From: Leucoraja erinacea
Taxonomy: Eukaryota
Length of the DNA: 64,000 nt
Assembly: GCF_028641065.1 (NCBI RefSeq)
Contig: NC_073416.1
Coordinates: 7,688,001-7,752,000 of the forward strand
Direction: 5' to 3'
Numbering within the stretch: position 1 is the stretch's first letter; every line of letters starts with the position of its first letter. The position numbers were made by a program, and so were the translations under genes. Below the pieces are notes generated by a model, which was not told where the DNA came from, made no database searches, and saw only the letters and a program-made list of their open reading frames with translations. Positions 63,779 to 64,000 of the stretch are shown here, one piece after another.

Positions 63779-63869
63779 ACCTTCTGAACCTTCTGAATTT
63801 TATAGTCAGCAGGGCACTATTCTGCATATCGCCGACTTGGACAATTTTTACATTTTTATCAAGCCAATT

Positions 63870-64000
63870 AATCAATCCAATTAACCTACAAACTGCACGT
63901 CTTTGGAGTGTGGGAAGAAACCGAAGATTTCAGAGAAAACCCACGCAGATCACTGGGAGAACGTACAAACTATACAGATAGCACCCGTAGTCGGGATCGA
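63870..64000 (-). mobile_element. V-SINE, runs off the window end
   Basis: cgtctttggagtgtggga..aaaccg...gagaacgtacaaact..acagatagcacccgtagtcgggatcga. Confidence 0.75.

Overview
Vertebrate nuclear DNA, by repeat content most likely a cartilaginous fish (skate/ray; inference). Four spliced genes were assembled from splice signals and reading-frame phase. ORMDL2 is on + (3 coding exons, 27-2546, 153 aa). DNAJC14 is on - (6 coding exons, 22757-7442, 845 aa, plus a probable non-coding exon 1 in a CpG island near 30.8 kb). NEMP1/TMEM194A is on - (9 exons, 49703-34745, 427 aa). A NAB2-like gene is on + (55797-57577); its NCD1 domain is intact but NCD2 appears eroded and ends in a premature stop. Introns and intergenic DNA carry CR1-type LINEs, V-SINEs, Deu-SINEs, Tc1 and hAT MITEs, and many Penelope-like element (PLE) remnants. 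The strongest hidden signal is that the short PLE-derived insertions carry a minimal type I hammerhead ribozyme core (CTGANGA-A-GGGTNNNNRCCC-GAAACGTY) and long target-site duplications, and intact cores inside genes lie antisense to the host. Other notable items: the NCD1-only NAB2, a two-uORF cassette on DNAJC14, a CR1 with an in-frame endonuclease deletion and TAATG stop-start coupling, near-perfect intronic hairpins, and an identical TGACTGACAG-N9-CCAAT composite in two CpG islands. All homology calls are from recognition, not database searches.
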